Origin: a virus
Taxonomy: Duplodnaviria > Caudoviricetes
Direction: 5' to 3' (one strand)
Length of the DNA: 51,207 nt
IMG/VR virus record: IMGVR_UViG_3300020407_000005
Span: 1-51,207 of that record
Shown: positions 34,955 to 43,409 of the stretch, piece by piece
How positions within the stretch are numbered: position 1 is the first letter of the stretch
Layout of the letters: every line of letters starts with the position of its first letter
Position numbers and translations under genes: made by a program
Notes under the pieces: model-generated
Seen by the model: only the letters and a program-made list of their open reading frames with translations
Told to the model about the DNA's origin: nothing
The model's database searches: none

Positions 34955-36997
34955 ATGGCACGGATCGATGCAGGCGGCCAGTTCGGCCGCGACGTGGCGC
35001 CCGCCACCAACCTGGCCAGCGTGCCGACGCCGCGGGCCGCCTTCGGCTCCACGCAGTCGATGGACCAGGCCGGCCAGCAGGTGATGAACGAGGGCCTGCG
35101 GCAAGAGCGCCAGCAACTGCACGAAGCGGACATGGCGCGCAAGGCCGCCGACCGGTTACAGGCCCAAGCTCAGTTCTACACGTACAAAGACCGTCTTGAC
35201 GACGCGATGAAGCAGCTTGGATCTGATATCCAGCAGGGCGCCATCGACAAGACCAAAGCTGCAAACGAGTGGAACGCCCGCTCCAAGGACATCTTGGCTG
35301 GCGCGCTCGATGGCGTTCCTGATCGGGAACGAGAGGCTGTTGGCCTCGAACTGCAGACCCATGCACAGCGCATCACCAGCAAGGTTGGTGATCTGGTTCG
35401 CGAGCGTGATCAGCAGGATGTGGTTACCGCGATCAACACGACCCTGGAATACACGCAGCGGCTGGCGGTCACGGATCCAGAGATGGCACGGTCGATCGTG
35501 CAAAAAACGCTTGCTGCTGCCGGCCCATTCTCCGGATTGAAACCCGACCAGCTGCGCAAAGCGGAACAGGGCTGGGTCGAAGAGACGGCCTACACGCGGG
35601 CCTTCACGGCGGTCAACGCGGCCAAGAGCGACAACAAGGCGCTGTCCACGGTGGAGCAGGGCCTGGCGCAGAACACCGACCTGGACCCGCAGCGCAAGGC
35701 GGCGCTGCTGGCGCAGATCGACGGATACCGCGCCAACAACGAGGCGCGCGCCATCCGCGAAGCGCAGCGTGCCGAGATCGCCGCGCAGCGCGCACAGCGT
35801 GAGTCGTCGCAGGCCTTCAGCGTGCTGTCGAGCTGGGCGCTGTCGGGCAAGGCCGCGAACCCCGACGCCAACGCCAGCCTGGTCGCGCGGCTGACGCCGG
35901 CCGACCGCGAGGCGTACAAGGCCCTGGCCGCCGAAGTGCCGATGCGCGCCGCGGCTGCGATGCTGCCGCTGGACACGCAGCAGCAGCAGATTGACACCCT
36001 CAAGGCACAGCGCAACCAGTTCGGCACCGATCAGCGGCTGGAGCAGGAGATCAACCGCCGCGAGCAGGTGCTGAACGATGCCCGGCGCGAGTACCAGCAA
36101 GACCCGCTGCGGGCAGCGCAAGAGCGCGGCATCCTCGACCAGCCGCTGCAGCCGCTGCGCACCGACAGCATTGACGGCTTGGTGTCAGGCATGGCCGTGC
36201 GCGTGCAGCAGGCCCAGACCACGGCCACGCGCGTGGGCCGGCCGGTGTCGCCGCTGCTGAGCGAAGAAGCCGGCCGCCTGGGCGACATGCTGAACGCCCT
36301 GGCGCCGGCCCAGCGCTCACGAAGCATCGCTTCGCTCGCCGCAGTGATGCCGCCATCCATGGCACAGGCGCTTGCCGAGCAAATGAACGACAAGGACCGC
36401 GCGACTGCGCTGGCATTCAGCATGGCTGGAAGCCGCACCACCAACAACCGATTTGCTTCGGAGCTGCTGCTGCGCGGCGCACAGGCCAAGAAGGACGGCA
36501 CGAGCACCAAGGGCGAGAAGGAGCCGGCGCTCAAGGCTGCCCAGTGGCAGGCCAACATCGCCGCGCAGCTCGAAGGAGTGTTTCCCCAGCAGACCTTCAC
36601 CGACCAGGCCCGGGATGCCGCGGTGCTGGTGGCCCACGGGATCGCGGCAGAGCAGGGTGGGGCGTTGAGCAAGGATGACCTTCAGCGTGCCGTGCGCTTG
36701 GCCATCGGTGGCTCGCTCGAGGAGGTCAACGGGCGCCGTGTCCCAATCCCGGCCGGCTTCTCGCGGGCCGATTTGGAGAAGAGGCTCCGCACTGTCTCAA
36801 CGGAGGAAATCAGGGCGCAGGCGGGCCCTACGGTGCGCGCCGCAGGAGCAGAAATTCCGGTTGCCGAGTTCGTGAAACGGCTGCCGGCCGCTGAGCTGAT
36901 GCCGATGAAGCCGGGGCAGTACGTGGTGCTGGCCGAAGGGCGCCCGGTGGTGTCGCCAACCGGCCGGCCGGTGGTGATTGGACTTGGGGTGCGCTGA
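34955..36997 (+). CDS. Internal virion (ejection) protein
   Basis: 680 aa, helical, in the ejectosome position. Confidence 0.7.
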   Translation: MARIDAGGQFGRDVAPATNLASVPTPRAAFGSTQSMDQAGQQVMNEGLRQERQQLHEADMARKAADRLQAQAQFYTYKDRLDDAMKQLGSDIQQGAIDKTKAANEWNARSKDILAGALDGVPDREREAVGLELQTHAQRITSKVGDLVRERDQQDVVTAINTTLEYTQRLAVTDPEMARSIVQKTLAAAGPFSGLKPDQLRKAEQGWVEETAYTRAFTAVNAAKSDNKALSTVEQGLAQNTDLDPQRKAALLAQIDGYRANNEARAIREAQRAEIAAQRAQRESSQAFSVLSSWALSGKAANPDANASLVARLTPADREAYKALAAEVPMRAAAAMLPLDTQQQQIDTLKAQRNQFGTDQRLEQEINRREQVLNDARREYQQDPLRAAQERGILDQPLQPLRTDSIDGLVSGMAVRVQQAQTTATRVGRPVSPLLSEEAGRLGDMLNALAPAQRSRSIASLAAVMPPSMAQALAEQMNDKDRATALAFSMAGSRTTNNRFASELLLRGAQAKKDGTSTKGEKEPALKAAQWQANIAAQLEGVFPQQTFTDQARDAAVLVAHGIAAEQGGALSKDDLQRAVRLAIGGSLEEVNGRRVPIPAGFSRADLEKRLRTVSTEEIRAQAGPTVRAAGAEIPVAEFVKRLPAAELMPMKPGQYVVLAEGRPVVSPTGRPVVIGLGVR

Positions 36998-38148
36998 TGG
37001 ACTTCGACAACACGCAGGCGATCAATGAGCTGATCGCCAACCCGCCGCCGCTGAAGCCTGTGGCCACTACCCAGAAGTGGAACGCCTGGACCGCGCCACT
37101 ACGGGCTGTGGCTGCCGGCGTGGCAGAAATGGCGGGCACCCTCTCTTCGGTGCAGCCGCAGATGGACGCCAACCGGCCCATGCCGGAGATCCTCCTGGAA
37201 GAGCAGCGGCGGTGGCAGCAGCGCTACGGTGACCGAACCGAGTCGCAGGTCATGCGGGACGTCGCGCGCGATCTGAGGCCCGATCCAAACACAGCTGGCG
37301 TCGCAGAGAACATCGTCTTTGGCCTGGGCCGAGGCCTGACCAAGGGTGCGCTGTACCTGGGGGCGGGTGGTCCGATCCTGGGCGCCGCCGCCTTTGGCGT
37401 TGACGAAGGCGCGACCACCATGGCTGACCTGCAACAGCAGGGCGTCGATGCCAACACCGCGCTGAAGGCAGGTGTTGCTGCTGGCGTTGGTGGCACCGTA
37501 GGTTTGGCGCTGCCCATGGCCGGCTCTACCGTGGGGCGCACAGTCGGGCTATGGGCCGTGGGCGGTCCCGGCGCCTTCGTTGCCCAGCAGGCAGCGACGC
37601 AGAAGATCCTGCGTGATGCCGATTACGGGCGCATCGCGGAAAGCTACGATCCGCTGGACCCGGTAGGGCTGGCTGTCGCGGCACTGGTGCCAGGCGTCTT
37701 CGCCGGCCTGCATATCAGGGGACTGCGAAGACCTGGAGAGGCCGCGCCGACGCCAGAGGCCGCCCCACCCCGCCCAGCCGTGGACCTGGATGCCGTCGAC
37801 GCCGCGATGACGCACAACCTGACCGCTCAGGCAGACGCACTGGCAAAACTGCCGCCGGAAACCTTGCCGGACGATGCCCCGCTCCCAGGTCCTGTCGCAA
37901 AGCTGAAGCCTGAGCCGGAACAGGGGCTGACGCCAGAAGCGGCCCGGCCTGCCGCTGAGCAAGCCATCGACCTGCAGACCGTTTCGCCAGACTTGCCTGT
38001 GCGGGTGTCCGATGACGGGCGTCTGGTGACGGTGGACGAAGAGATGAACGCGGTGCGCCAAGACGCCCGCAACGGGTCCGACTTTGAGCTGGGCCACGAC
38101 GACGCGCCGCTGCTGCAGGTCGCGGCGGAGTGCTTTCTTACGCTGTGA
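36997..38148 (+). CDS. Internal virion/structural protein with hydrophobic Gly-rich segments
   Basis: 383 aa, coupled to the upstream gene. Confidence 0.65.
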   Translation: MDFDNTQAINELIANPPPLKPVATTQKWNAWTAPLRAVAAGVAEMAGTLSSVQPQMDANRPMPEILLEEQRRWQQRYGDRTESQVMRDVARDLRPDPNTAGVAENIVFGLGRGLTKGALYLGAGGPILGAAAFGVDEGATTMADLQQQGVDANTALKAGVAAGVGGTVGLALPMAGSTVGRTVGLWAVGGPGAFVAQQAATQKILRDADYGRIAESYDPLDPVGLAVAALVPGVFAGLHIRGLRRPGEAAPTPEAAPPRPAVDLDAVDAAMTHNLTAQADALAKLPPETLPDDAPLPGPVAKLKPEPEQGLTPEAARPAAEQAIDLQTVSPDLPVRVSDDGRLVTVDEEMNAVRQDARNGSDFELGHDDAPLLQVAAECFLTL

Positions 38149-38335
38149 GCAAGAAAGGTAAGGCCAAGATCAGCATCAGGACACAGAGCGCCAGCAGCAC
38201 ACCGACGAAGAGGCCGTATTCCTTGATGGCACTGATAGCGCCCTTCATCGAATTGCCGCCTGCAAGATAGCCAAGGAATGCAATCCACAGCACCCCGACA
38301 AGGGCCGCTCCACCGAATATGAGGAATTGACGCAT
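38138..38335 (-). CDS. Small two-TM membrane protein, antisense within the virion operon
   Basis: MRQFLIFGGAALVGVLWIAFLGYLAGG...LFVGVLLALCVLMLILALPFLLTA fills the gap between two + strand genes; lower GC. Confidence 0.6.
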   Translation of the reverse strand: MRQFLIFGGAALVGVLWIAFLGYLAGGNSMKGAISAIKEYGLFVGVLLALCVLMLILALPFLLTA

Positions 38336-40877
38336 GGCCATGGATCCGAAGTGTAGGGCCGCCGTCCGCGCGGCCGCTGCAGGGCGCCAAATCAGCGACG
38401 CGAAGATCGATCTGATCGAGCAGCAACTGAGAGAGACAGGGCAGATGCTGGCCCGCCAAGACCCAGAGCGCTGGATCGGCCTGACGACGGCCCAGCGAAC
38501 GCGCGAGATTGCAGCGGCAGCCATGGACCAAGTCAAAGCCGAGGCGCTGCGGAAGGAGTGGCGCGCCTCTCTGCAGGTCACGCGGTCCGCGCAGGCCGGC
38601 GCGCGCATAGAGGCCGCAATGGCGCTGAACCAGCTGACGCGCTCGCAAGGCCTGATCCGCGACATCGAGAACACCGGCCACAACATCGAAGCGGTGCGCA
38701 ACGAAGCCATGTCAGGCCTGGGCGACATGATCGACGCCGCCGAGTCGGCCGACGGCACCGGGGCGCTGCGCCGCCTGGGCATGCGCTTGTTCGACCTGGA
38801 CAACCCTCGCATGACCGCCGACGTGGTGCGCGAGATCTTCCGCAACGCCGACGGATCAACTGGCAATGCGGCGGCGCGCGCGGGGGCCAAGGCCTGGTTG
38901 GCCACGATCGAGCGCATGCGCGTCCGCTTCAACGAGAGCGGCGGCAACATCGGGCGCTTGGCCTACGGCTACCTGTCGCAGGCTCACGATCAGGTGAAGG
39001 TGCTGACCGCCGGTGCCGAGGCCTGGGCTGACGCGGTGCTGCCGCTGCTGGACCGCCGGCAGTACGTGAACGCCGACGGCTCGCGCATGACCGACGCGCA
39101 GGTGGGTGAACTGCTGCGCAACGCCTGGAAGACCCTGGCCACCGGTGGAGACAACAAGGTGGATCCCGGGCAGTTTCGCGGCCAGGGTGCGCGTGCCAAC
39201 CGTGGCAGCGATCACCGCGTGCTGCACTTCGCGGACGGCGATGCGTGGATGCGGTACATGGAGCAGTTCGGCCAGGGCTCGCTCTACGACGCCATGGTGG
39301 GGCACGTCGGACGCATGGCGCGGGACATTGGCTTGGTCGAGGCTTATGGGCCAAACCCCGAGCAGACGTTCCGCGTGTTGAACGACCTGGCCCGCCGCGA
39401 CGATGCCAAGGGCAAAATCGGTGACTTCCTTTCCAACCGCAGCGCCGGCAACACCCCGCAGGCCTACTGGGATCTGGTGTCCGGCGTGACGGGCACGCCA
39501 GTCAATCCGGCGCTGGCGCGAGCCGGCCAGAGCACTCGCAACGTTTTGACGGCCGCAAAGCTGGGCGGCGCGGTGATCAGCTCGTTGACGGATGTGGCCA
39601 CCATCGCCCAGGCGCTGCACTTCAACCGCCTCGGCTATTTCGAGATGCTGCAGAACGTGAAGGGCCAGGCGGATCCGCAAGTGCGCGATTTCCTCCAGGC
39701 ACACGGGATCATCGCCGAATCGCTGGCCAGCTCTTTGGGGCGATGGAGTGGAGAGGCTGTGACCAGCGGCATTTCTGCGCGCTTTGCAGGAGCTGTGATG
39801 AAGGTGCAACTGCTGGGCGTGTGGACCGACGGGCTCCGCGGCGCCTTCTCGCAGACGCTGATGGCAGGCCTCGCGCGCACCGCGAAGAAGAACTGGGCGC
39901 AGCTGGACGAGTGGGATCGCTACCTGCTGCAGCGAAAAGGCTTGACCGAGGACGACTGGAACATCATCAGCAAGGCCCAGCCGACTGAGTTCGAGGGGCG
40001 CACCTACCTGACCGGTGAGGCAGTGCGGGCAACCGGCCTGCCCGGCGCCGACCAGGCGGCCACCAAGCTGCTCGGCTTCATCGTGGACGAAGGCCAGTTC
40101 GCTGTGACGAACCCGGACATGGCAACGCGAGCCATCACCACGGCCGGCGGCCGGCCGGCTGGCACGGTGGGCGGGGAGCTTGCGCGCAGCGTGGCTCAGT
40201 TCAAGAGCTTCCCGCTGGCGCAAATCACCCGCCACTGGCGCCGCATGTTGGAGACCCCGCAGGGCCTGGAGGGCGCGCCAGCGTTGTACGGTGCGAACAC
40301 GCGCATGGGTGCACTGAGCAACCGCATGATGCTGCTGGCCGTGGCGAACGTCACAGGCATGATGCTGGGCGCCGTGGTGTTGCAGGTGAAGTCGCTGCTG
40401 CAAGGCAAAGACCCGGCCGACATGACCGAGGGCAAGTTCTGGCTTCGCTCGCTGGCGCAAGGCGGTGGCATGGGGTACCCCGGCGACCTCCTGCTGAAGG
40501 ATCCGACCGAGTCGCGGTCCAACACTGCGCAGCAGGCGGTCGGCTCGGTGCTGGGGCCGACGGCCGGGACTGCTGCCGGCATCTTGGGCGACCTGGTTGT
40601 CACCAATGCCTGGCAAGCGGCCAAGGGCAAGGACACGGATCTTGGCGCTGAAGCGCTGCGGATGGGTATTGGTCTGGTGCCAGGCAACAACCTGTGGTGG
40701 AGCCGACCGCTGTTCGATCGCTGGTTTTTGTTCGCTGCGCAAGAAGCGTTGAATCCAGGCTACTTGGGGCGCATGCAGCAGCGCGCGATGAAAGACTACG
40801 GCCAAGGCTTCTGGTGGTCTCCAGACGAGGCCTTGCCGGACCGCGCCCCGAACTTCGAGGGCATGGTCGGGCAGTGA
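38334..40877 (+). CDS. Large internal virion (DNA ejection) protein
   Basis: 847 aa; GTVGGELARSVAQFKSFP, QGGGMGYPGD, NPGYLGRM motifs; position. Confidence 0.75.
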   Translation: MAMDPKCRAAVRAAAAGRQISDAKIDLIEQQLRETGQMLARQDPERWIGLTTAQRTREIAAAAMDQVKAEALRKEWRASLQVTRSAQAGARIEAAMALNQLTRSQGLIRDIENTGHNIEAVRNEAMSGLGDMIDAAESADGTGALRRLGMRLFDLDNPRMTADVVREIFRNADGSTGNAAARAGAKAWLATIERMRVRFNESGGNIGRLAYGYLSQAHDQVKVLTAGAEAWADAVLPLLDRRQYVNADGSRMTDAQVGELLRNAWKTLATGGDNKVDPGQFRGQGARANRGSDHRVLHFADGDAWMRYMEQFGQGSLYDAMVGHVGRMARDIGLVEAYGPNPEQTFRVLNDLARRDDAKGKIGDFLSNRSAGNTPQAYWDLVSGVTGTPVNPALARAGQSTRNVLTAAKLGGAVISSLTDVATIAQALHFNRLGYFEMLQNVKGQADPQVRDFLQAHGIIAESLASSLGRWSGEAVTSGISARFAGAVMKVQLLGVWTDGLRGAFSQTLMAGLARTAKKNWAQLDEWDRYLLQRKGLTEDDWNIISKAQPTEFEGRTYLTGEAVRATGLPGADQAATKLLGFIVDEGQFAVTNPDMATRAITTAGGRPAGTVGGELARSVAQFKSFPLAQITRHWRRMLETPQGLEGAPALYGANTRMGALSNRMMLLAVANVTGMMLGAVVLQVKSLLQGKDPADMTEGKFWLRSLAQGGGMGYPGDLLLKDPTESRSNTAQQAVGSVLGPTAGTAAGILGDLVVTNAWQAAKGKDTDLGAEALRMGIGLVPGNNLWWSRPLFDRWFLFAAQEALNPGYLGRMQQRAMKDYGQGFWWSPDEALPDRAPNFEGMVGQ

Positions 40878-41435
40878 CTAAGGAAGCTTTGGAGGCTTTG
40901 GAGGCTTTGGAGGCTTTGGCTGCGCTGCGCGGTCAGCTCTCAAAGTATCGATCATGGCTTGGCGCCCGAGCTTCGCGTAGCGCTGCACCCCACGCTCCAT
41001 CATCTCCCGAAGATCCTCTGGGGTGTTGGGCGGCAAACGTCCAGTGCTGGCCTCGAGGGACTTGCTCAAGGCCTGCCGCCGCACTGCCTCATTGAGCTCT
41101 CGCCACTGCGGGATGTCTTTGGCAAATCGCGTCAAGGCTTCGGAGCTTGGCGGCAGGGCCTCAAGGATGCGTTCAAAGTGCATCGCGATCAAACCAGCCA
41201 AATACAACCCGCCCTCTGTGCGCGACTTCTCAACTTCCAGGGCGCGCTCAAGATCCTCAACGCGGGAAGCGTCGGCGCGCCCATCCAGTGACGCTTGAAG
41301 CCGGGCGACGATCTCCGAGTTCATCGATCGGCCCGCCGCCTTGGCGGCATCTGCGATGCGTTCGCGCATCCCATCCGGAAGCCGGAGCATGAACTTGTCC
41401 GCAGCGTCAGAGGGAAATGTTTTGGAGGTAGCCAC
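40878..41435 (-). CDS. Arc/Mnt-family repressor with C-terminal extension
   Basis: [35 protein letters not shown] (Arc ribbon-helix-helix). Confidence 0.88.
   Translation of the reverse strand: MATSKTFPSDAADKFMLRLPDGMRERIADAAKAAGRSMNSEIVARLQASLDGRADASRVEDLERALEVEKSRTEGGLYLAGLIAMHFERILEALPPSSEALTRFAKDIPQWRELNEAVRRQALSKSLEASTGRLPPNTPEDLREMMERGVQRYAKLGRQAMIDTLRADRAAQPKPPKPPKPPKLP
40886..40919. repeat. 9-bp tandem repeat GCTTTGGAG (about 3.8 copies)
   Basis: Encodes the [11 protein letters not shown] tail of the Arc/Mnt protein. Confidence 0.85.
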
Positions 41436-41442
41436 AGCCTAT

Positions 41443-41551
41443 TGTAGTGGCGACTCGCTATAGCTAAAAACGATAGCGATTCGCCACCATCAGACGTGGA
41501 CTCAATAGAGTCAAGTCGCTATCATGAAAGCGTGTCGAGTCGCTACCACTT
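41443..41551. promoter_or_regulatory. Divergent promoter/operator region between the two Arc genes
   Basis: Repeated TGGCGACTCGCTA / TAGCGATTCGCCA / AGTCGCTA motifs in an AT-richer spacer. Confidence 0.6.
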
Positions 41552-41564
41552 CGAAGGAGAGAAC

Positions 41565-41738
41565 ATGGCAACCAGCGCAACCCAAGACGACTACGCAAAG
41601 ACCGCGCTTCGACTTCCCCGCGACCTGCACAGGGCCGTGCATGAGGCGGCCAAGCAGCAGGACCGCAGCTTCAACGGCCAGATCGTGGCGCTGCTGCGCG
41701 CCGCGCTCGCGCCGGTGAAGCAAGGGGCTTCGCAATGA
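41565..41738 (+). CDS. Arc-family repressor
   Basis: KTALRLPRDLHRAVHEAAKQQDRSFNGQIVALL; AAGGAG RBS. Confidence 0.85.
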   Translation: MATSATQDDYAKTALRLPRDLHRAVHEAAKQQDRSFNGQIVALLRAALAPVKQGASQ

Positions 41739-41992
41739 AGCCCACCAAGATCAACCCCAGCGCCTTCATCGAGTTCGATGCTGAGGGCGACGACGCGGCC
41801 AACGGCAACGTTGTGGGCATGGATGCATGGACGAGCCTGGCTGAAGGCAAGACGCCAGACGAAGCCGCGAAGGCCATGACCGAGGCGCTCATGGAGGCGG
41901 CGATGTTCGAAGAACGTCCCACGGCCGCCGCCGTGATCTACGGCGCCGTGCATCTGCTGCTCGAGGTCGCCCAACGCCCGAAGGTGGCTTGA
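41735..41992 (+). CDS. Hypothetical protein
   Basis: ATGA-coupled to arc. Confidence 0.55.
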   Translation: MKPTKINPSAFIEFDAEGDDAANGNVVGMDAWTSLAEGKTPDEAAKAMTEALMEAAMFEERPTAAAVIYGAVHLLLEVAQRPKVA

Positions 41993-42519
41993 TGAACCCC
42001 CTCACCATCGCGGGCACCGAGATCCGGATGGACGGTGACGGACGGTTTTGCCTGAATGACCTGCACCGAGCCGCCGGCCGTGCACGGAAGGACCAGCCGA
42101 ACCACTTCCTTGCGCGCAAGGAAACCCAAGACATGGTGGCCGAGTTGCTGTCCGAGCAAGGCTCGGAGGGGCCTCCCGGAATTCCGGGAGGCCCCATCAA
42201 TGTCCTCAATGACGGGCACAACAACGGCACCTACGTGGTCAAGGAGCTGGTCTACGCCTACGCGATGTGGATCAGCCCCAAGTTCAGCCTCCAGGTCATC
42301 CGGGCTTACGACTCCATGGTCATGGACGAGTTGGGCCGACTGAACGGACTCCAGTGCAAGGCGATGCGCGCTGAGCTCGAATTCCTGAAGGGCATGCAGG
42401 AAGCCAGCCGGTGCGGCTTGGCGCTGCGCCGGTGGCAGCAGTCCAAGCCAGCGCTCGAGCAGACGATGGAAGAACTGCTCAACGAGCTGCAGCCCGGCCT
42501 GTTTCGGGCAGACCACTGA
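41992..42519 (+). CDS. KilA-N domain antirepressor-like protein
   Basis: IRMDGDGRFCLNDLHRAAG...GTYVVKELVYAYAMWISPKFSLQVIRAYD. Confidence 0.9.
   Translation: MNPLTIAGTEIRMDGDGRFCLNDLHRAAGRARKDQPNHFLARKETQDMVAELLSEQGSEGPPGIPGGPINVLNDGHNNGTYVVKELVYAYAMWISPKFSLQVIRAYDSMVMDELGRLNGLQCKAMRAELEFLKGMQEASRCGLALRRWQQSKPALEQTMEELLNELQPGLFRADH
42168..42195. repeat. Perfect 28-bp palindrome inside the KilA-N gene
   Basis: GGGGCCTCCCGGAATTCCGGGAGGCCCC equals its own reverse complement. Confidence 0.95.
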
Positions 42520-42599
42520 TGCCCCAAAAGGAGAAGCCCCGGCGCTGGCAGGCGTCGAGGCTTCGAGGTGAAACCACTCTGACGAGAGAAGGAATCGAC

Positions 42600-42905
42600 A
42601 TGGAAAGTACCACAAACGTGATCGCGCTGCCAACGGCGGCCCCAGAACGGGTCGTCAACCAGGTTCCCAGAGGCCGGCGCGCGCGCGGCGGCAAGGTGAC
42701 GCTGGCCTGCGACCTGGTGCGCCGCCGCTACCAGCGCACACAGGCCGCGCGCAAGGCTGAAACGACGAGCGAGGCGGCCGATGCCTTCAAGCGCGGCTAT
42801 GAGATGCAGAAGCTGGAATCCGCGCTCGCTGCGGCGCTGCTGGGTGATCCCGTTGTTCGCCGCGTTGTCATGGACATTGTCGGCGGCAACCTGCGATTCA
42901 ACTGA
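42600..42905 (+). CDS. Hypothetical protein
   Basis: AAGGA RBS; MESTTNVIALPT. Confidence 0.55.
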   Translation: MESTTNVIALPTAAPERVVNQVPRGRRARGGKVTLACDLVRRRYQRTQAARKAETTSEAADAFKRGYEMQKLESALAAALLGDPVVRRVVMDIVGGNLRFN

Positions 42906-43007
42906 GGTATGCACATAGCCACCACAGAGACCGAGCCCGAAACCTCCACTCCTTCTTTCTTGCTCCCTGCGGCCCGACAATCCAGCCGGTGACAAGGAGC
43001 GTGTGAC

Positions 43008-43409
43008 ATGCGTGCTGACCAGTTCGAGAAGCTGCAGCGGCTGGAAGAAAAGCTGATCGACGTGTTCATCGAAGAGGCCGACCCGGCCGGCTGGCCTGGC
43101 CAGGGCCTGAAGCTGGGCGCCATGGATTCGCAGACGCGAGGTGATCTGTACTGGACCCGCAAGACCGCCGCGTCGGTGCTGGTGCTGGCGCAGAAGGTCG
43201 GTGGCCTGGTGTCCACCGCGCAGCAGCGCGCCGCCGGCACATTGCCGCCGGCAGGCGAGGGCGGCGAACAGCCGGCCGGCGAGGACGAAGGCGCCCAGCT
43301 CGACACGCTGGTCGACAGCGCCGAGCGCGAGGCCCTGCGCCTGATGCGCGAGCTGCAGGGCGCCGGTGGCAAAGCAGCCTTCGACCGGAAGGTGCATGGC
43401 CGAGGCTGA
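43008..43409 (+). CDS. Probable terminase small subunit
   Basis: AAGGAG RBS; EADP.GWPG...RGDLYWTRK; overlaps the terL start. Confidence 0.6.
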   Translation: MRADQFEKLQRLEEKLIDVFIEEADPAGWPGQGLKLGAMDSQTRGDLYWTRKTAASVLVLAQKVGGLVSTAQQRAAGTLPPAGEGGEQPAGEDEGAQLDTLVDSAEREALRLMRELQGAGGKAAFDRKVHGRG

